Positions 41,682-51,408 of a DNA stretch of 64,000 nt are shown one piece after another; position 1 is the stretch's first letter; each line of letters opens with the position of its first letter. The stretch covers positions 352,001-416,000 of the forward strand of contig CAWFKH010000006.1 in NCBI GenBank assembly GCA_963816355.1, in the 5' to 3' direction. Made by a program: the position numbers and the translations under genes. Origin of the DNA: an uncultured Gemmatimonadales bacterium (GTDB lineage: Bacteria; Gemmatimonadota; Gemmatimonadetes; Longimicrobiales; RSA9). The notes below the pieces were generated by a model that saw only the letters and a list, made by a program, of their open reading frames with translations, was not told the DNA's origin and made no database searches.

Positions 41682-42842
41682 ATGCGCGTCCTGCACGTCG
41701 GCTGCGTGCTCGACCCGCAGAGGCGCTCGGGGGCCGCTCTGCTGGAGGCGTGGCCCACCCTGCTCGACGTGGCCCGCGCCGCCCGCGACGCCGGCGCCGA
41801 CGTCAGCGTGCTGCAGGCCGCGCACGCCGACGAGGTGCTCGAGCGCGACGGCATCCGCGTTCGCTTCGTCGCGGAGCACGCCGCGCTGCGCGCCGCCGCC
41901 GGTCGGACCGGCGCCCGCGTGCCCCCGATCCGGCTCGCGCGCGCCGCCGCCGCCGCCGCGCCGGACGTCGTCCACGTGAACGGCCTGGCGTTTCCCCTCC
42001 ACGCGCGCGCCATTGCCGCCGCGCTGCCGCGCGCCGCGCTGCTCGTGCAGGACCATGGCGACCGGCCGCCGCACCGTCGCCGCGCGCTGCACCGCTGGGG
42101 CCTCGCCGTGGCCGACGGCGCCGCGTTCGTTTCGCGCGAGCAGGCCGCGCCGTTCCTCGCGCAGAAGCTGCTGTCCGCCGATCTGCCGCTGTTCGAGATC
42201 GCCGAGTCATCCAGCCGCTTTCAGCCCGGCGACGCCGCCCAGGCGCGCCTCGCCACCGGCGTCCGCGGCGACCCCGCGGTGCTGTGGATCGGGCGCCTCG
42301 ACGCGGTGAAGGACCCGCTCGTCGCGCTCGACGCGTTCGCGCTGGCGGCCGAGCGGCTGCCCGATGCGCGGCTCTGGTGCTGCTTCACCGACGCGCCGCT
42401 GCTGGAGCGCGTGCGCTCGCGGGTCGCGAAGGACCCGCGGCTGGGCGAGCGTGTCCGCCTCCTCGGCCGCGTGCCGCACGAGCACGTCGAACAGCTCTGC
42501 CGCGCCTGCGACCTGCTGCTCCTGACCAGCCGCCGCGAAGGCTGCCCCTACGCCCTCCTCGAGGCGCTCGCGTGCGGCCTGCCCGCCGTGCTCTCCGACC
42601 TCCCGGCGCATCGCGCCCTCACGCACGGCGCCGACACGACCCCCACCCGCGCTGCCGACGTCGCCCTGACCCAGCCCGGCGATGCCGCCGCCGCCGCCGC
42701 CGCGATCGTCCGCCTCGCCGGCGGCCTGCGGGAGACGCGCCGCCGGCGCCTGCGCCGCCACTTCGAGCGAGACCTCTCCTTCGACGCGCTCGGCCGGCGC
42801 CTGCTGGCCTGCTACCGCACGCTGCTGCGACGGGCCGCGTGA
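41682..42842 (+). CDS. GT4 glycosyltransferase
   Basis: GRLDAVKD, REGCPYALLEALACG. Confidence 0.88.
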   Translation: MRVLHVGCVLDPQRRSGAALLEAWPTLLDVARAARDAGADVSVLQAAHADEVLERDGIRVRFVAEHAALRAAAGRTGARVPPIRLARAAAAAAPDVVHVNGLAFPLHARAIAAALPRAALLVQDHGDRPPHRRRALHRWGLAVADGAAFVSREQAAPFLAQKLLSADLPLFEIAESSSRFQPGDAAQARLATGVRGDPAVLWIGRLDAVKDPLVALDAFALAAERLPDARLWCCFTDAPLLERVRSRVAKDPRLGERVRLLGRVPHEHVEQLCRACDLLLLTSRREGCPYALLEALACGLPAVLSDLPAHRALTHGADTTPTRAADVALTQPGDAAAAAAAIVRLAGGLRETRRRRLRRHFERDLSFDALGRRLLACYRTLLRRAA

Positions 42843-44027
42843 AGATCGGCATGCTGGTGCCGGGCGGCGTGGACCGCGGCGGCACGCACCGCGTCATCCC
42901 GTGCCTGCTCTGGCTGATCGAACGGGTGGCCGCCGCCGGTCACGAGCTGCACGTCTACGCGCACCGGCAGGAGCGCGGGCCTGGCCGCTGGCCGCTCCTC
43001 GGGGCGTCGGTCCACGATGCCGGCCGCCCGCCGCGCCGCTTCCGCACACTCGTGGCGATCGCCGCCGAGCACCGCCGCGCCCCGTTCGACGTGCTGCACG
43101 CCATCTGGGCCGCCCCCGCCGGCCTCGTGGCGGCCGTCGCCGGCGCGGCGCTGCGCGTGCCGGTCCTGCTGCACATCACCGGCGGCGACCTCGTCGCGAT
43201 CCCGGAGATCGGGTACGGCGCGCGTCTCCGCCGCCGGGGGCGCCTGTGGGTGCGGCTCGCCGCCGCCGGCGCCGAGCCGCATCACGGTCCCCAGCGCGTA
43301 CGTGCTCGAGCAGGCCCGGCGGCTCGGAATCGACGCGGAGCGGCTCACTTTCGGCGTCGATCTCGACCGCTGGCCGCCGCTGCCGCCCCGGCCCCGTCCG
43401 CCGGGCCGTACCGCGCGCCTGCTCTTCGTGGGCAGCCTGAACCGCGTGAAGGACCCCTCCACGCTGCTGCGCGCCGCGGCCCGGCTGCGGCGCACCGGAC
43501 GCGCGTTCCGACTCGACATCGTCGGGGAGGACACGCTGGGCGGCGCGGTGCAGCGGGAGGCGCGCATCGCGGGTCTCGAGGATGCGGTCCACTTCCACGG
43601 CTTCCTGCCGCACGCCCGGCTGCGGCCGCTGATGGAGCGCGCCGACCTGCTCGTCGTCTCCTCCCGCCACGAGGCCGATCCGATCGCGCTGCTGGAGGCG
43701 GCAGTCGCGGGCGTACCGGCGGTCGGGACCGCCGTCGGCCACCTGGCGGAGTGGGCCCCCGACGCCGCGCTCGTCGCTCCGGTCGGGGACGCGGACGCGC
43801 TCGCCCGCGCCGTCGCCGCCCTCCTGGACGACGACGCGCGACGCGTTAGCGTGGCCGCTCGGGCGCAGGCGCGCGCCCTCGCCCTCGATGCGGACCGAAC
43901 CGCCCGCGAGGTGCTGAGCGCCTACGCGGCGCTCGCCTCTCGGAACCTCGGGGTGCCGAACACGGATTGGCGGCGCGTGGACCGAGAGAGGATCGAAAGA
44001 CCGCCGGACGCGCACGTCCGGCCCTGA
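42839..44027 (+). CDS. GT4 glycosyltransferase, +1 frameshift near 43273
   Basis: VKIGMLVPGG.. joins SRITVPS..VGSLNRVKD..HEADPIALLEA in the next frame. Confidence 0.82.
43942..43968 (+). promoter_or_regulatory. Putative ECF promoter GGAAC-N16-CGGATT (N19-ATT)
   Basis: Same CGGATT -10 as the 31.9-kb pair; 77 nt upstream of the ATG at 44045. Confidence 0.6.
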
Positions 44028-44044
44028 CCTGCCGAGGAGATACC

Positions 44045-45208
44045 ATGAACGAACGGCGCCCCCTGCGAAGCGAACCGAGACGTCGCCCGCTCAGACGACT
44101 GTTGCTCGCCGCCGCGGTGCTCGTCCCGCTCGCGGCGCCGCCGGAGGCCGTCGGCGCGCAGTCGGTGCTCGAGCGCACGCCCAACTTGGGCGGAACCTGG
44201 GTCGGCTCCCCTGGAACCGTGTACTTCACCTTCCTGCACCGCTTCACCGCCGGCGACGCGCCCGCTCGCAAGGTCGCCAACTCGCCGACCTTCCTGCTCG
44301 CCGCGGCGCTCCCCGGCGAGACGATGGTGGGCGCCCGCTACGCGACCAATTCCCTCGTCGTGGCCGGCTTCCCGAACGAATGGGAGTTCTTCGGGCGGGC
44401 CGCGCCGCTGCGCGAGCAGGCTGGGGCCCCGCTCGATCTCACGCTGCACGGCGGCTACAACGAAGCGTCGCGGAGCTGGGATGGCCAGATCACGCTCGCC
44501 CGCGATGTCGGGCCGCTGCGGCTGCTCGCCGCCGGCCGCGGCTTCTCCAACTTCCGGCGGCAGGACTCGCGCTTCGCCCTGGCCGGCGGCGCGACGCTGC
44601 ATCTGAGCCGCTTCATAGCCCTCGCGGGCGACGTCGCCTCCCTCGTCGACCGCGCGGCCGGTGAAAAGGTCGCCTGGGGCGCGGGCCTGCAGCTCGCGAT
44701 CCCGTACACGCCGCACACGCTCAGCCTGCAGGTGTCCAACGCGACGACGACGACCCTGGAGGGCGCCTCATTCGGCATCCCGAACGGCCGCCGCTACGGC
44801 TTCGAGTTCACCGTTCCGTTCACGCTGTCCCGCTATTTCGGCGGTCGCTCCGCCAGCGGCGGCGAGGTCGCGCAGGCGCCCGCGGCGGGACCGGAGGGAG
44901 ATGCCGCGGCCGAGGTCACGATGTCGAACAAGCTGCGCTTCTCGCCCGGCACCGTCCACATCAAGGTCGGCCAGACCGTCCGGTGGCGGAACCAGTCGGA
45001 CGTGGTCCACACCGTGACGTTCGACCCGTCGCTCGCCGCGAAGAAGGGGGACGTCCGTCTTCCCGACGGCGCCGAGACCTTCAACTCCGGCGACATCAAG
45101 CCGGGCGCCGTCTTCACGCACACCTTCGATGTGCCCGGCGAGTACCACTACATCTGCGTTCCGCACGAGCTCGCCGGAATGCTCGCCGTCGTCATCGTCG
45201 AGAAATGA
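44045..45208 (+). CDS. Secreted putative beta-barrel (DUF5777-like) fused to a C-terminal plastocyanin-like cupredoxin
   Basis: SD GAGGAG, signal peptide, FTFLHRF, HTLSLQVSN, GFEF. Type-1 Cu ligands H(TVT) and CVPHELAGM. Confidence 0.75.
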   Translation: MNERRPLRSEPRRRPLRRLLLAAAVLVPLAAPPEAVGAQSVLERTPNLGGTWVGSPGTVYFTFLHRFTAGDAPARKVANSPTFLLAAALPGETMVGARYATNSLVVAGFPNEWEFFGRAAPLREQAGAPLDLTLHGGYNEASRSWDGQITLARDVGPLRLLAAGRGFSNFRRQDSRFALAGGATLHLSRFIALAGDVASLVDRAAGEKVAWGAGLQLAIPYTPHTLSLQVSNATTTTLEGASFGIPNGRRYGFEFTVPFTLSRYFGGRSASGGEVAQAPAAGPEGDAAAEVTMSNKLRFSPGTVHIKVGQTVRWRNQSDVVHTVTFDPSLAAKKGDVRLPDGAETFNSGDIKPGAVFTHTFDVPGEYHYICVPHELAGMLAVVIVEK

Positions 45209-45218
45209 GGAGGATCGC

Positions 45219-45623
45219 ATGCATATCACGCGCAGCGCCTTCGTCCTGGCGCTCACGCTGGCGAGTGCGGGCTGCTTCTCGAGCGACCCGACCAACGGTC
45301 CGAACGACAACGGACCCGTCGCCGCCACCGTCCAGATGACCGATCAGCTCCGCTTCAGCCCGGCGTCGGTGACGATCCACGTCGGGGAGAGCGTTCGCTG
45401 GGACAACGTGTCGCAGTTCACGCACACCGTGACCGCCGATCCCGCCAAGGCCGCCGACCCCGCGCACGTCAGCCTGCCGGCGGGCGCCCAGACGTTCGAT
45501 TCCGGCGGCATCACGCCCGGTACGCAGTTCGAAAAGACGTTCACCGTACCGGGCACCTACCACTACTTCTGCCAGCCCCACGAGGCGCTCGGCATGCTCG
45601 GCACGGTCACCGTCTTGCAGTGA
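45219..45623 (+). CDS. Plastocyanin/halocyanin-like blue copper lipoprotein
   Basis: SD GAGGAGG, lipobox SAGC, HTVT, YFCQPHEALGM. Confidence 0.9.
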   Translation: MHITRSAFVLALTLASAGCFSSDPTNGPNDNGPVAATVQMTDQLRFSPASVTIHVGESVRWDNVSQFTHTVTADPAKAADPAHVSLPAGAQTFDSGGITPGTQFEKTFTVPGTYHYFCQPHEALGMLGTVTVLQ

Positions 45624-46666
45624 CTTCTGTGCCCCGCGCCGCGGCGCTGCGGCTCGCCGTGCTCGCCCTCGCTGGAGGCTGCTGCTGCCGCGGCGGCGCG
45701 CCCGCGGCACCCGCGCCGACCGGCTCGGCGACGGCCGGCCTGGTCGTTCCGCCTCCCGCCGCCGTGCGCGCGCAGGCGGCCGCGCCGGTGCACGCCCACT
45801 TCCGCAACGTCCACTTCCGCTTCGCGCCGCAGATCGCCCTCGAGATCGAGGACCTCGAGGGCGTGCTCACGCCGAAGATCGACGGCGCCGCCGTCGTCCT
45901 CGACGACGACACGTCGTTCGTGCTGCAGATTCAGCGCGGCCGCACCGCATTGACCGCCGGCAACCTCACCCGCCTGCTCAACGAGTGGGTCTTCGCCTAC
46001 CCGGGCGCACCGCTGCGCAACCTGAGCGTCACCTTCCGTGACGGCCGCCTCCGGCAGTCCGGGATCCTGCACAAGGGCGTCGACATCCCCTTCCAGATGG
46101 AGGCGTCCGTCGCCGTCACGCCCGCCGGCGAGATCCGCCTGCACCCGACATCGATGAAGATCTGCAGCATTCCCGGGAAGGGGCTGATGGACGCCCTCGG
46201 CATCCATCTCTCCGATCTCCTTGACCTTCGGCGCGCCCACGGCGTCCGCGTGGCCGGCGACGACCTCTACTTCGACCCGACCGCGATCCTCCCGCCGCCG
46301 GCCATCGACGGCCACCTCGTCGCCGTCGCGGTGCTCGATTCGGCGCTCGTCCAGACGTGGCGCACCGGGACCGGCGCCGATTCAACAGCCGCTCTCGGCG
46401 CGGCGGCCCCGCCACTTCCCGACGCGCCCAACTTCATGTACTTCCGCGGTGGCGTGCTGCGCTTCGGCAAGCTGTTCATGGTCGCCACGGACATGCAGGT
46501 CGTCGACGCCGATGCCGCCGACCCCTTCGACTTCTTCCTCGATCGCTACGTCGTGCAGCTCGCCGCGGGCCGCACCGAGAACCTGCCCGACTTCGGCCTC
46601 CTCGTGCACATGCCCGACTACGACGATACACCGGCACTCGCGGCGTCGCGGAAGACGGGGAAGTGA
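45620..46666 (+). CDS. Hypothetical lipoprotein
   Basis: GTGA overlap, signal ending LAGGCCC, beta-rich body, coding-like GC3. Confidence 0.7.
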   Translation: MTSVPRAAALRLAVLALAGGCCCRGGAPAAPAPTGSATAGLVVPPPAAVRAQAAAPVHAHFRNVHFRFAPQIALEIEDLEGVLTPKIDGAAVVLDDDTSFVLQIQRGRTALTAGNLTRLLNEWVFAYPGAPLRNLSVTFRDGRLRQSGILHKGVDIPFQMEASVAVTPAGEIRLHPTSMKICSIPGKGLMDALGIHLSDLLDLRRAHGVRVAGDDLYFDPTAILPPPAIDGHLVAVAVLDSALVQTWRTGTGADSTAALGAAAPPLPDAPNFMYFRGGVLRFGKLFMVATDMQVVDADAADPFDFFLDRYVVQLAAGRTENLPDFGLLVHMPDYDDTPALAASRKTGK

Positions 46667-46767
46667 GCGCGCGCGTGGTGTGGATCGACCTTCGGCGCTA
46701 TTCTGGACCTCGGGACGGGAACCGCGTTCTCCGGTCCCACACGTCCGACGTGGATGACGAGAGCCCC

Positions 46768-47049
46768 ATGAGCGAAGACGATCTGCTCTGCCGCGACGTG
46801 ATCGAGCGGCTGCCGGACTACCTCGATGGGGAGCTCCAGCCCGAGATCCGCGACGCCGTCGCTGCCCACCTCCGATCGTGTGCGCGCTGCCGTGCGTCCG
46901 CACGCTTTCAGGGGGAACTCGTCGAAACGCTGCACCGGACCCGCTCGCCGGCGGCACCGGGCGAGCTGCGGCGGCGCATCGTCGAAGCGCTGCTCGACGA
47001 AGATCGCCGCCAGGAGGGAGAAGGGGGCGACGCCTCGCCGCCGCAGTAG
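46768..47049 (+). CDS. Zinc-binding anti-sigma factor (zf-HC2, RsrA-like)
   Basis: C..YLDGEL..HLRSCARC; no TM helix. Confidence 0.85.
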   Translation: MSEDDLLCRDVIERLPDYLDGELQPEIRDAVAAHLRSCARCRASARFQGELVETLHRTRSPAAPGELRRRIVEALLDEDRRQEGEGGDASPPQ

Positions 47050-47066
47050 GTGTGCGCGCTACGCCC

Positions 47067-47684
47067 TCAGGCGAGGCGCCGCGCGCCCACGCTCATGTGT
47101 CCCACCTCGACCGCGTAGTCGAAGAGCGCCTCCGCGAGGATCCTCCGCCCGCGGTGCAGGCGACTCTTGACCGTCCCCCGCGGGATCTCCAGGACGTCCG
47201 CGATCTCCGCGTAGGAGAAGTCGTGCAGGTCCTTCAGGACGACGGCGTCCCGGAACTCGTCGGGCAGCGCGTCGACGGCGCGCAGCACCTCGTCGTCGAT
47301 GATCGAGTCGAAGAACTCCTTTTCCGCCTCCCACGGCCCCGGTGTGGCGTCGTCCAGGAGCGGCGCCAGCGACTCGACGCCGCCTTCGAGTCGCAGGTCG
47401 GTCGCCGTGACCTCGTGCCGGTGCGAGCGCGTTTCCTTCTTCCGTAGAACGACGTTCCTGCAGATCGTGAAGAGCCACGAGAGCACCTTCGTCCCCCGCG
47501 TATAGGTGCCCCACCCCCGATAGGCCCGGAGAAAGGCCTCCTGCGTCGCGTCCGCGGCCTCGGCCTCGTTACCGCTGCACAGCCGCAGCGCGAAGCGATA
47601 GACCGCGTCGAGACACGGCAGCGCCTCCTCCTCGAATCCGGGCTTGCCGAGCCTCCGCTCCATGCCATTCTCCGGGCCGCTCAT
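47067..47684 (-). CDS. ECF sigma factor (SigR/SigH-like)
   Basis: FEEEALPCLDAVYRFALRL, QEAFLRAY, WLFTICRN, SYAEIA..GTVKSRLHRGR. Confidence 0.93.
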   Translation of the reverse strand: MSGPENGMERRLGKPGFEEEALPCLDAVYRFALRLCSGNEAEAADATQEAFLRAYRGWGTYTRGTKVLSWLFTICRNVVLRKKETRSHRHEVTATDLRLEGGVESLAPLLDDATPGPWEAEKEFFDSIIDDEVLRAVDALPDEFRDAVVLKDLHDFSYAEIADVLEIPRGTVKSRLHRGRRILAEALFDYAVEVGHMSVGARRLA

Positions 47685-47694
47685 CAGGGTTTCC

Positions 47695-48711
47695 TCACTC
47701 CTGAATTGACCGATTCGTCCGGGACGCGAGCTGCGCCCGGATCTGCCGACCCCACTCGACCGCCCGGAGCTCCACGAAGATCTGCTCCGCGTCGCGCCGC
47801 AGGGCGTCGCCCGCGCCGTCCTCCTCCCCCGCGTCCGCGAGCGCGCCCCGCGCCTCCAGCGCTTCTGCCTCCAACAGCCGCAGGTGCCGCCGCCTCGCGA
47901 TCGACAGCGCTTCGTCCAGATAGCCGCGTGCGTCCTCCAGCCGCTGGTCCCACAGTGCCACGATGCCCAGCACGCGAAGCGCATCCCCCTGACCCGCCGG
48001 CTCACCCAGCGTGCGGAAGCGACGCAGCGAGCGCTCCGCCGTCACCGCCGCCAGGCGGCCGTCGCCCCGCATCGCTTTCAGCAGCGCCCACTCCTGTTCG
48101 ACCCGTCCCGCCTCGTCCTCGCTGCCGTCCGCGCGCGCGTACTCCAGCGCCTGCCGGAACGCGGCATCCGCTTCGTCCGGAAAGCCCATCTCCCGGTAGC
48201 TGATCGCGAGGTTGTTGTGCGCCTGCGCGAGGCCACGGACGTGGCCCAGGCGCTGATACGAGATGATCGCCCGCTCGTGGCTCGCGAGCGCCGCCTGCAA
48301 CTGACCCGTCAACGTCTGGATGATGCCGAGATTCTGGTTCGCCCGCGCCACGAACTCCTCGTCACCCGCCCGACTCGCCGCGTCCAGCAGCCGGCCCCAC
48401 TCCGCCTCCGCCCCCTCCACATCGCCCAGCTCGAAGAGCAGGATGCCTTCCAGGTTCGACCGACTCCGGAACAACTGGTCGTTGCCCCGCCGCAGACACA
48501 CCGGCGCCAGCTCCCGCACCAGCGCTAGCGCCCGCTCGCGCTCGCCCCGTCGCCGCAACGCCTCCGCCAGCAGGAAGCCCAGCTCCGGCTCCTCCAGCAG
48601 CGACTCCCGCGTCACGCACGAGAGCAGCGACGCCAGCCCCGGATAGTCGCGCGACGCCTGCAGCGCGCGCGCCTGCCGAAGCAGCGAGCCGAGTGCCCGG
48701 GTCTCCGACAT
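47695..48711 (-). CDS. Tetratricopeptide repeat protein
   Basis: Repeated A..NLG/NNLA helical pairs. Confidence 0.82.
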   Translation of the reverse strand: MSETRALGSLLRQARALQASRDYPGLASLLSCVTRESLLEEPELGFLLAEALRRRGERERALALVRELAPVCLRRGNDQLFRSRSNLEGILLFELGDVEGAEAEWGRLLDAASRAGDEEFVARANQNLGIIQTLTGQLQAALASHERAIISYQRLGHVRGLAQAHNNLAISYREMGFPDEADAAFRQALEYARADGSEDEAGRVEQEWALLKAMRGDGRLAAVTAERSLRRFRTLGEPAGQGDALRVLGIVALWDQRLEDARGYLDEALSIARRRHLRLLEAEALEARGALADAGEEDGAGDALRRDAEQIFVELRAVEWGRQIRAQLASRTNRSIQE

Positions 48712-48722
48712 TCCGCCTTCGC

Positions 48723-49334
48723 TCAGCTCGCCACCGAGAAACCCGTGAACCCCGGCAGCGCCGACTCCAGCTCGTAGCCGTCCGCAGACCGCGTCGTCGG
48801 CAGCAGCGACCACGGATCCGTGTCGCTCTCCCGCTTCCAGATCCGCATCTGATACCACAGCTGCTCGTCCGTCGCGTCCACCCGGCCGTCTCCGTTCAGG
48901 TCCGCCGCCGCGTGCGTGCACCACATGTGCAGCACCGCCGGAGAACCCGCATCGAACACCAGGCCCGACGGCGCGAACTCGAACACCATCCGTTGAGCGT
49001 CCGGGTGAATCGTGATCTGCACCGAGTCACCCTCCTCGTACAGGATCCCGTTCGGTCGCCGGTACAGCGACTCCGCCGACAGCCGGAACTCCACCAGACG
49101 ATCTCCCGCCTGGCCGGCCTGCGTCGAGCGGAACCGCAGCGTCACCGTCTTCGCCTCGCCCTTCACCGCCCAGAAACTCGTGTCTCCAGGGACCAGCGGG
49201 ACGTACGATGCATCCAGGGGCGCCACCACCGGCGAGCCCGGCACCTGCGTCCCCGGCCGCTCCGGAGCATCCGGTCCCGTCAGCGGCTGGCAGGCGGCCG
49301 CGAGGCCGATCAGTAACGGCAAACAGCGTCGCAT
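48723..49334 (-). CDS. Hypothetical lipoprotein with an EF-hand-like loop
   Basis: Lipobox LAAAC; DLNGDGRVD motif. Confidence 0.72.
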   Translation of the reverse strand: MRRCLPLLIGLAAACQPLTGPDAPERPGTQVPGSPVVAPLDASYVPLVPGDTSFWAVKGEAKTVTLRFRSTQAGQAGDRLVEFRLSAESLYRRPNGILYEEGDSVQITIHPDAQRMVFEFAPSGLVFDAGSPAVLHMWCTHAAADLNGDGRVDATDEQLWYQMRIWKRESDTDPWSLLPTTRSADGYELESALPGFTGFSVAS

Positions 49335-49373
49335 GGGTCTGCTCCGATAGAGGTTCATCGCCCCGCAAGGGCG

Positions 49374-49387
49374 GCAACGCTCGTGCC
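49374..49387 (-). promoter_or_regulatory. Sigma54 promoter GGCACG-N4-TTGC
   Basis: GG-N10-GC matching consensus, 40 nt upstream of the ATG at 49334, next to a sigma54 activator gene. Confidence 0.75.
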
Positions 49388-49450
49388 TTTCCGTAACATA
49401 TTGTATCACAACGAGTTACCGGGAAATCCCCGTGACCCGCAGCGGGACAT

Positions 49451-49469
49451 GTGTAGCGCAACGCTACAC
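49451..49469. promoter_or_regulatory. Perfect palindrome GTGTAGCG-CAA-CGCTACAC, candidate enhancer (UAS)
   Basis: TGT-N11-ACA about 90-110 nt upstream of the predicted sigma54 start site. Confidence 0.5.
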
Positions 49470-50897
49470 GGGGCGGTCGAGCAGGCGGTAGAGGCGGGAG
49501 CGGCTGATGCCGAGCGCATCGGCGGCCGCGCGCTTGTTGCCGCCGAGGTGTTCGAGCATGGCGCGGGCGGCGGCGGCCTCGATGCGGTCGAGGCTGGCGG
49601 GGAAGGGGAGGGCGGCGTCGGCGGAGAGGGATTCGGCGGTCGGCACACCCTCGAGGAAGAGATCGTCGGTGTGGAGCTCGCCGTCGCCGAGCAGGACGGC
49701 GCGCTCGATGGCATTGCGCAGCTCGCGGACGTTGCCGGGCCAGGTGTGGGAGAGGAGCGTGGCGCGGATGGCGGCAGTGAGGTCGGGGCGAGGGGCGTCG
49801 TATTCCTGGCTGAAGCGGTCGAGGAAGTACTCCGTGAGAAGGAGAATGTCGCCGTCGCGGTCGCGCAGGGGCGGGAGGTGGATCGGCAGGACGGCGAGGC
49901 GGAAGTAGAGGTCTTCGCGGAAGCGACCGTGGCGCACGGCGGCGGCGAGGTCGACGTGGGTGGCGGCGACGATGCGTACGTCGATGGTGCGGGAGCGGAG
50001 GCTGCCGAGGCGGCGGACGTTGCGATCCTCGAGGACCTTGAGGAGCTTGGCCTGGATGTCGACCGGCAGGTCGCCGATCTCGTCGAGGAAGAGGGTGCCG
50101 CCGTCGGCGGCTTCGAAGAGGCCGGGCTTGGGTGCGCGGGCGTCGGTGAAGGCGCCTTTCTCGTAGCCGAACAGTTCGGCTTCCAGCAGCGTCGGTGGAA
50201 GGGCGGTGCAGTTGATCTCCACGAACGGGTGTGGAGCGCGAGGTCCGTTGTAGTGGATCGCCTGGGCCAGGAGCTCCTTGCCGGTCCCGGTCTCGCCGGT
50301 GATGAGGATCGTCGCTCCGCCCCTCGGGATGACGCGCGCGGCCCGTTCGAGCGCTCTGCGCAGCCCCTCGCTCGAACCGATGAGCCGCGAGAAGTCGTAG
50401 CGCGTGCGTTCCCGCGTCGCGAGCGCCGCCGCCCTCTCACGGCCCTGCGCCCGCTGCGCCCGCTCCACGACCCAGGAGCGCAACGCCTCCAGGTCCGGCG
50501 GAAGCGCGAAGTAGTTCGAGGCGCCCGCCTGCACGGCGGCGACCGCCGGCCGATGATGCTCCGCCGCCCCCACGACCACCACCTCGCCCGCGCCGTGCGC
50601 GCGAGCCTCGTCGACCGCCTCCGCCGCGTTCGCCTCGTCGCCCGCCAGCGCGACGATCGTCCCGCACGGCTCCCCCGCCGTCGTGAGATCCGCCGCGCGG
50701 TCCACGACGTCGAGGCGGACCCCGGCCGACTCGGACAGCTCCGGCCACACGCGCGCGAATGCATCCGTCCGCGCGACAACCCTCAGGACGACATCTCCCG
50801 GCAGGGATCCCTCGCTCTCTTCCTCGAGTCCCGCCGCGGTGCCGATGCCGCGGGCGGCGGTCGCGGATCGCCGCGTGCTTCGAGAACGCTTCGACAC
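49464..50897 (-). CDS. Sigma54-dependent activator (degenerate receiver, AAA+, Fis HTH); start uncertain
   Basis: [54 protein letters not shown]. Confidence 0.9.
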   Translation of the reverse strand: MSKRSRSTRRSATAARGIGTAAGLEEESEGSLPGDVVLRVVARTDAFARVWPELSESAGVRLDVVDRAADLTTAGEPCGTIVALAGDEANAAEAVDEARAHGAGEVVVVGAAEHHRPAVAAVQAGASNYFALPPDLEALRSWVVERAQRAQGRERAAALATRERTRYDFSRLIGSSEGLRRALERAARVIPRGGATILITGETGTGKELLAQAIHYNGPRAPHPFVEINCTALPPTLLEAELFGYEKGAFTDARAPKPGLFEAADGGTLFLDEIGDLPVDIQAKLLKVLEDRNVRRLGSLRSRTIDVRIVAATHVDLAAAVRHGRFREDLYFRLAVLPIHLPPLRDRDGDILLLTEYFLDRFSQEYDAPRPDLTAAIRATLLSHTWPGNVRELRNAIERAVLLGDGELHTDDLFLEGVPTAESLSADAALPFPASLDRIEAAAARAMLEHLGGNKRAAADALGISRSRLYRLLDRPV

Positions 50898-51082
50898 CGC
50901 GTGCCCTGACGCGGTTCCGCGGGCGCCGCCGGCGTTTCTGCCGAAGGCGCGACCGTGTGTCTCGATACGAGACAGAAGATAACGCGGCGAAAGCGCGGAC
51001 GGGAGAAGGGCGGAGGAAGCGGCGGCGGCGGCGGTGGCGGGACCTGCCGGCGGAGGCGGGTGGTGCGCGTCGGGAGAGGGCG

Positions 51083-51400
51083 TCAGGGCTCGTGCAGGCG
51101 GCTCATCCTCGAGTGGTGGGGCAGGACGTCGTCGTGGGCACGCCGCCGGACGCTGTCGTGGGCGTCGCCCCCGGTATCGAAGGGGACGAACCCGTCGTCG
51201 CATGGCATCGGAAAGGCGAGGTCGGAGCCGCAGAAGGAGATGCGGGCGACGATTCGGTTGAAGAGCAGCCCGTAGTCGAGGTGCGCCATGCGGGCGATGG
51301 GGCAAAGGGGCGCCGGCCCGCGCTCCTGGGCGGCGTCCGGCCGTGCCGTGGCGTGGGTGACGATGCGGGCCTCCGCGTGGTGCGGGTTGTTCTCGGGCAC
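51083..51400 (-). CDS. Small hypothetical protein (105 aa; alternative start 51289)
   Basis: High GC3 codons. GTG lies 8 nt after a GGAAC-N18-ATT motif. Confidence 0.4.
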   Translation of the reverse strand: MPENNPHHAEARIVTHATARPDAAQERGPAPLCPIARMAHLDYGLLFNRIVARISFCGSDLAFPMPCDDGFVPFDTGGDAHDSVRRRAHDDVLPHHSRMSRLHEP

Positions 51401-51408
51401 ACGACGCA

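Noticed and set aside
46718..46745. GGAAC..CGTC as a seventh ECF promoter before the anti-sigma
   Set aside because: No ATT at N18/19, so it does not fit the other six. A different promoter is not excluded.
50145..50165. GAFTDA instead of GAFTGA as a sign of an inactive activator
   Set aside because: This is a common variant, and consensus sigma54 promoters are adjacent.
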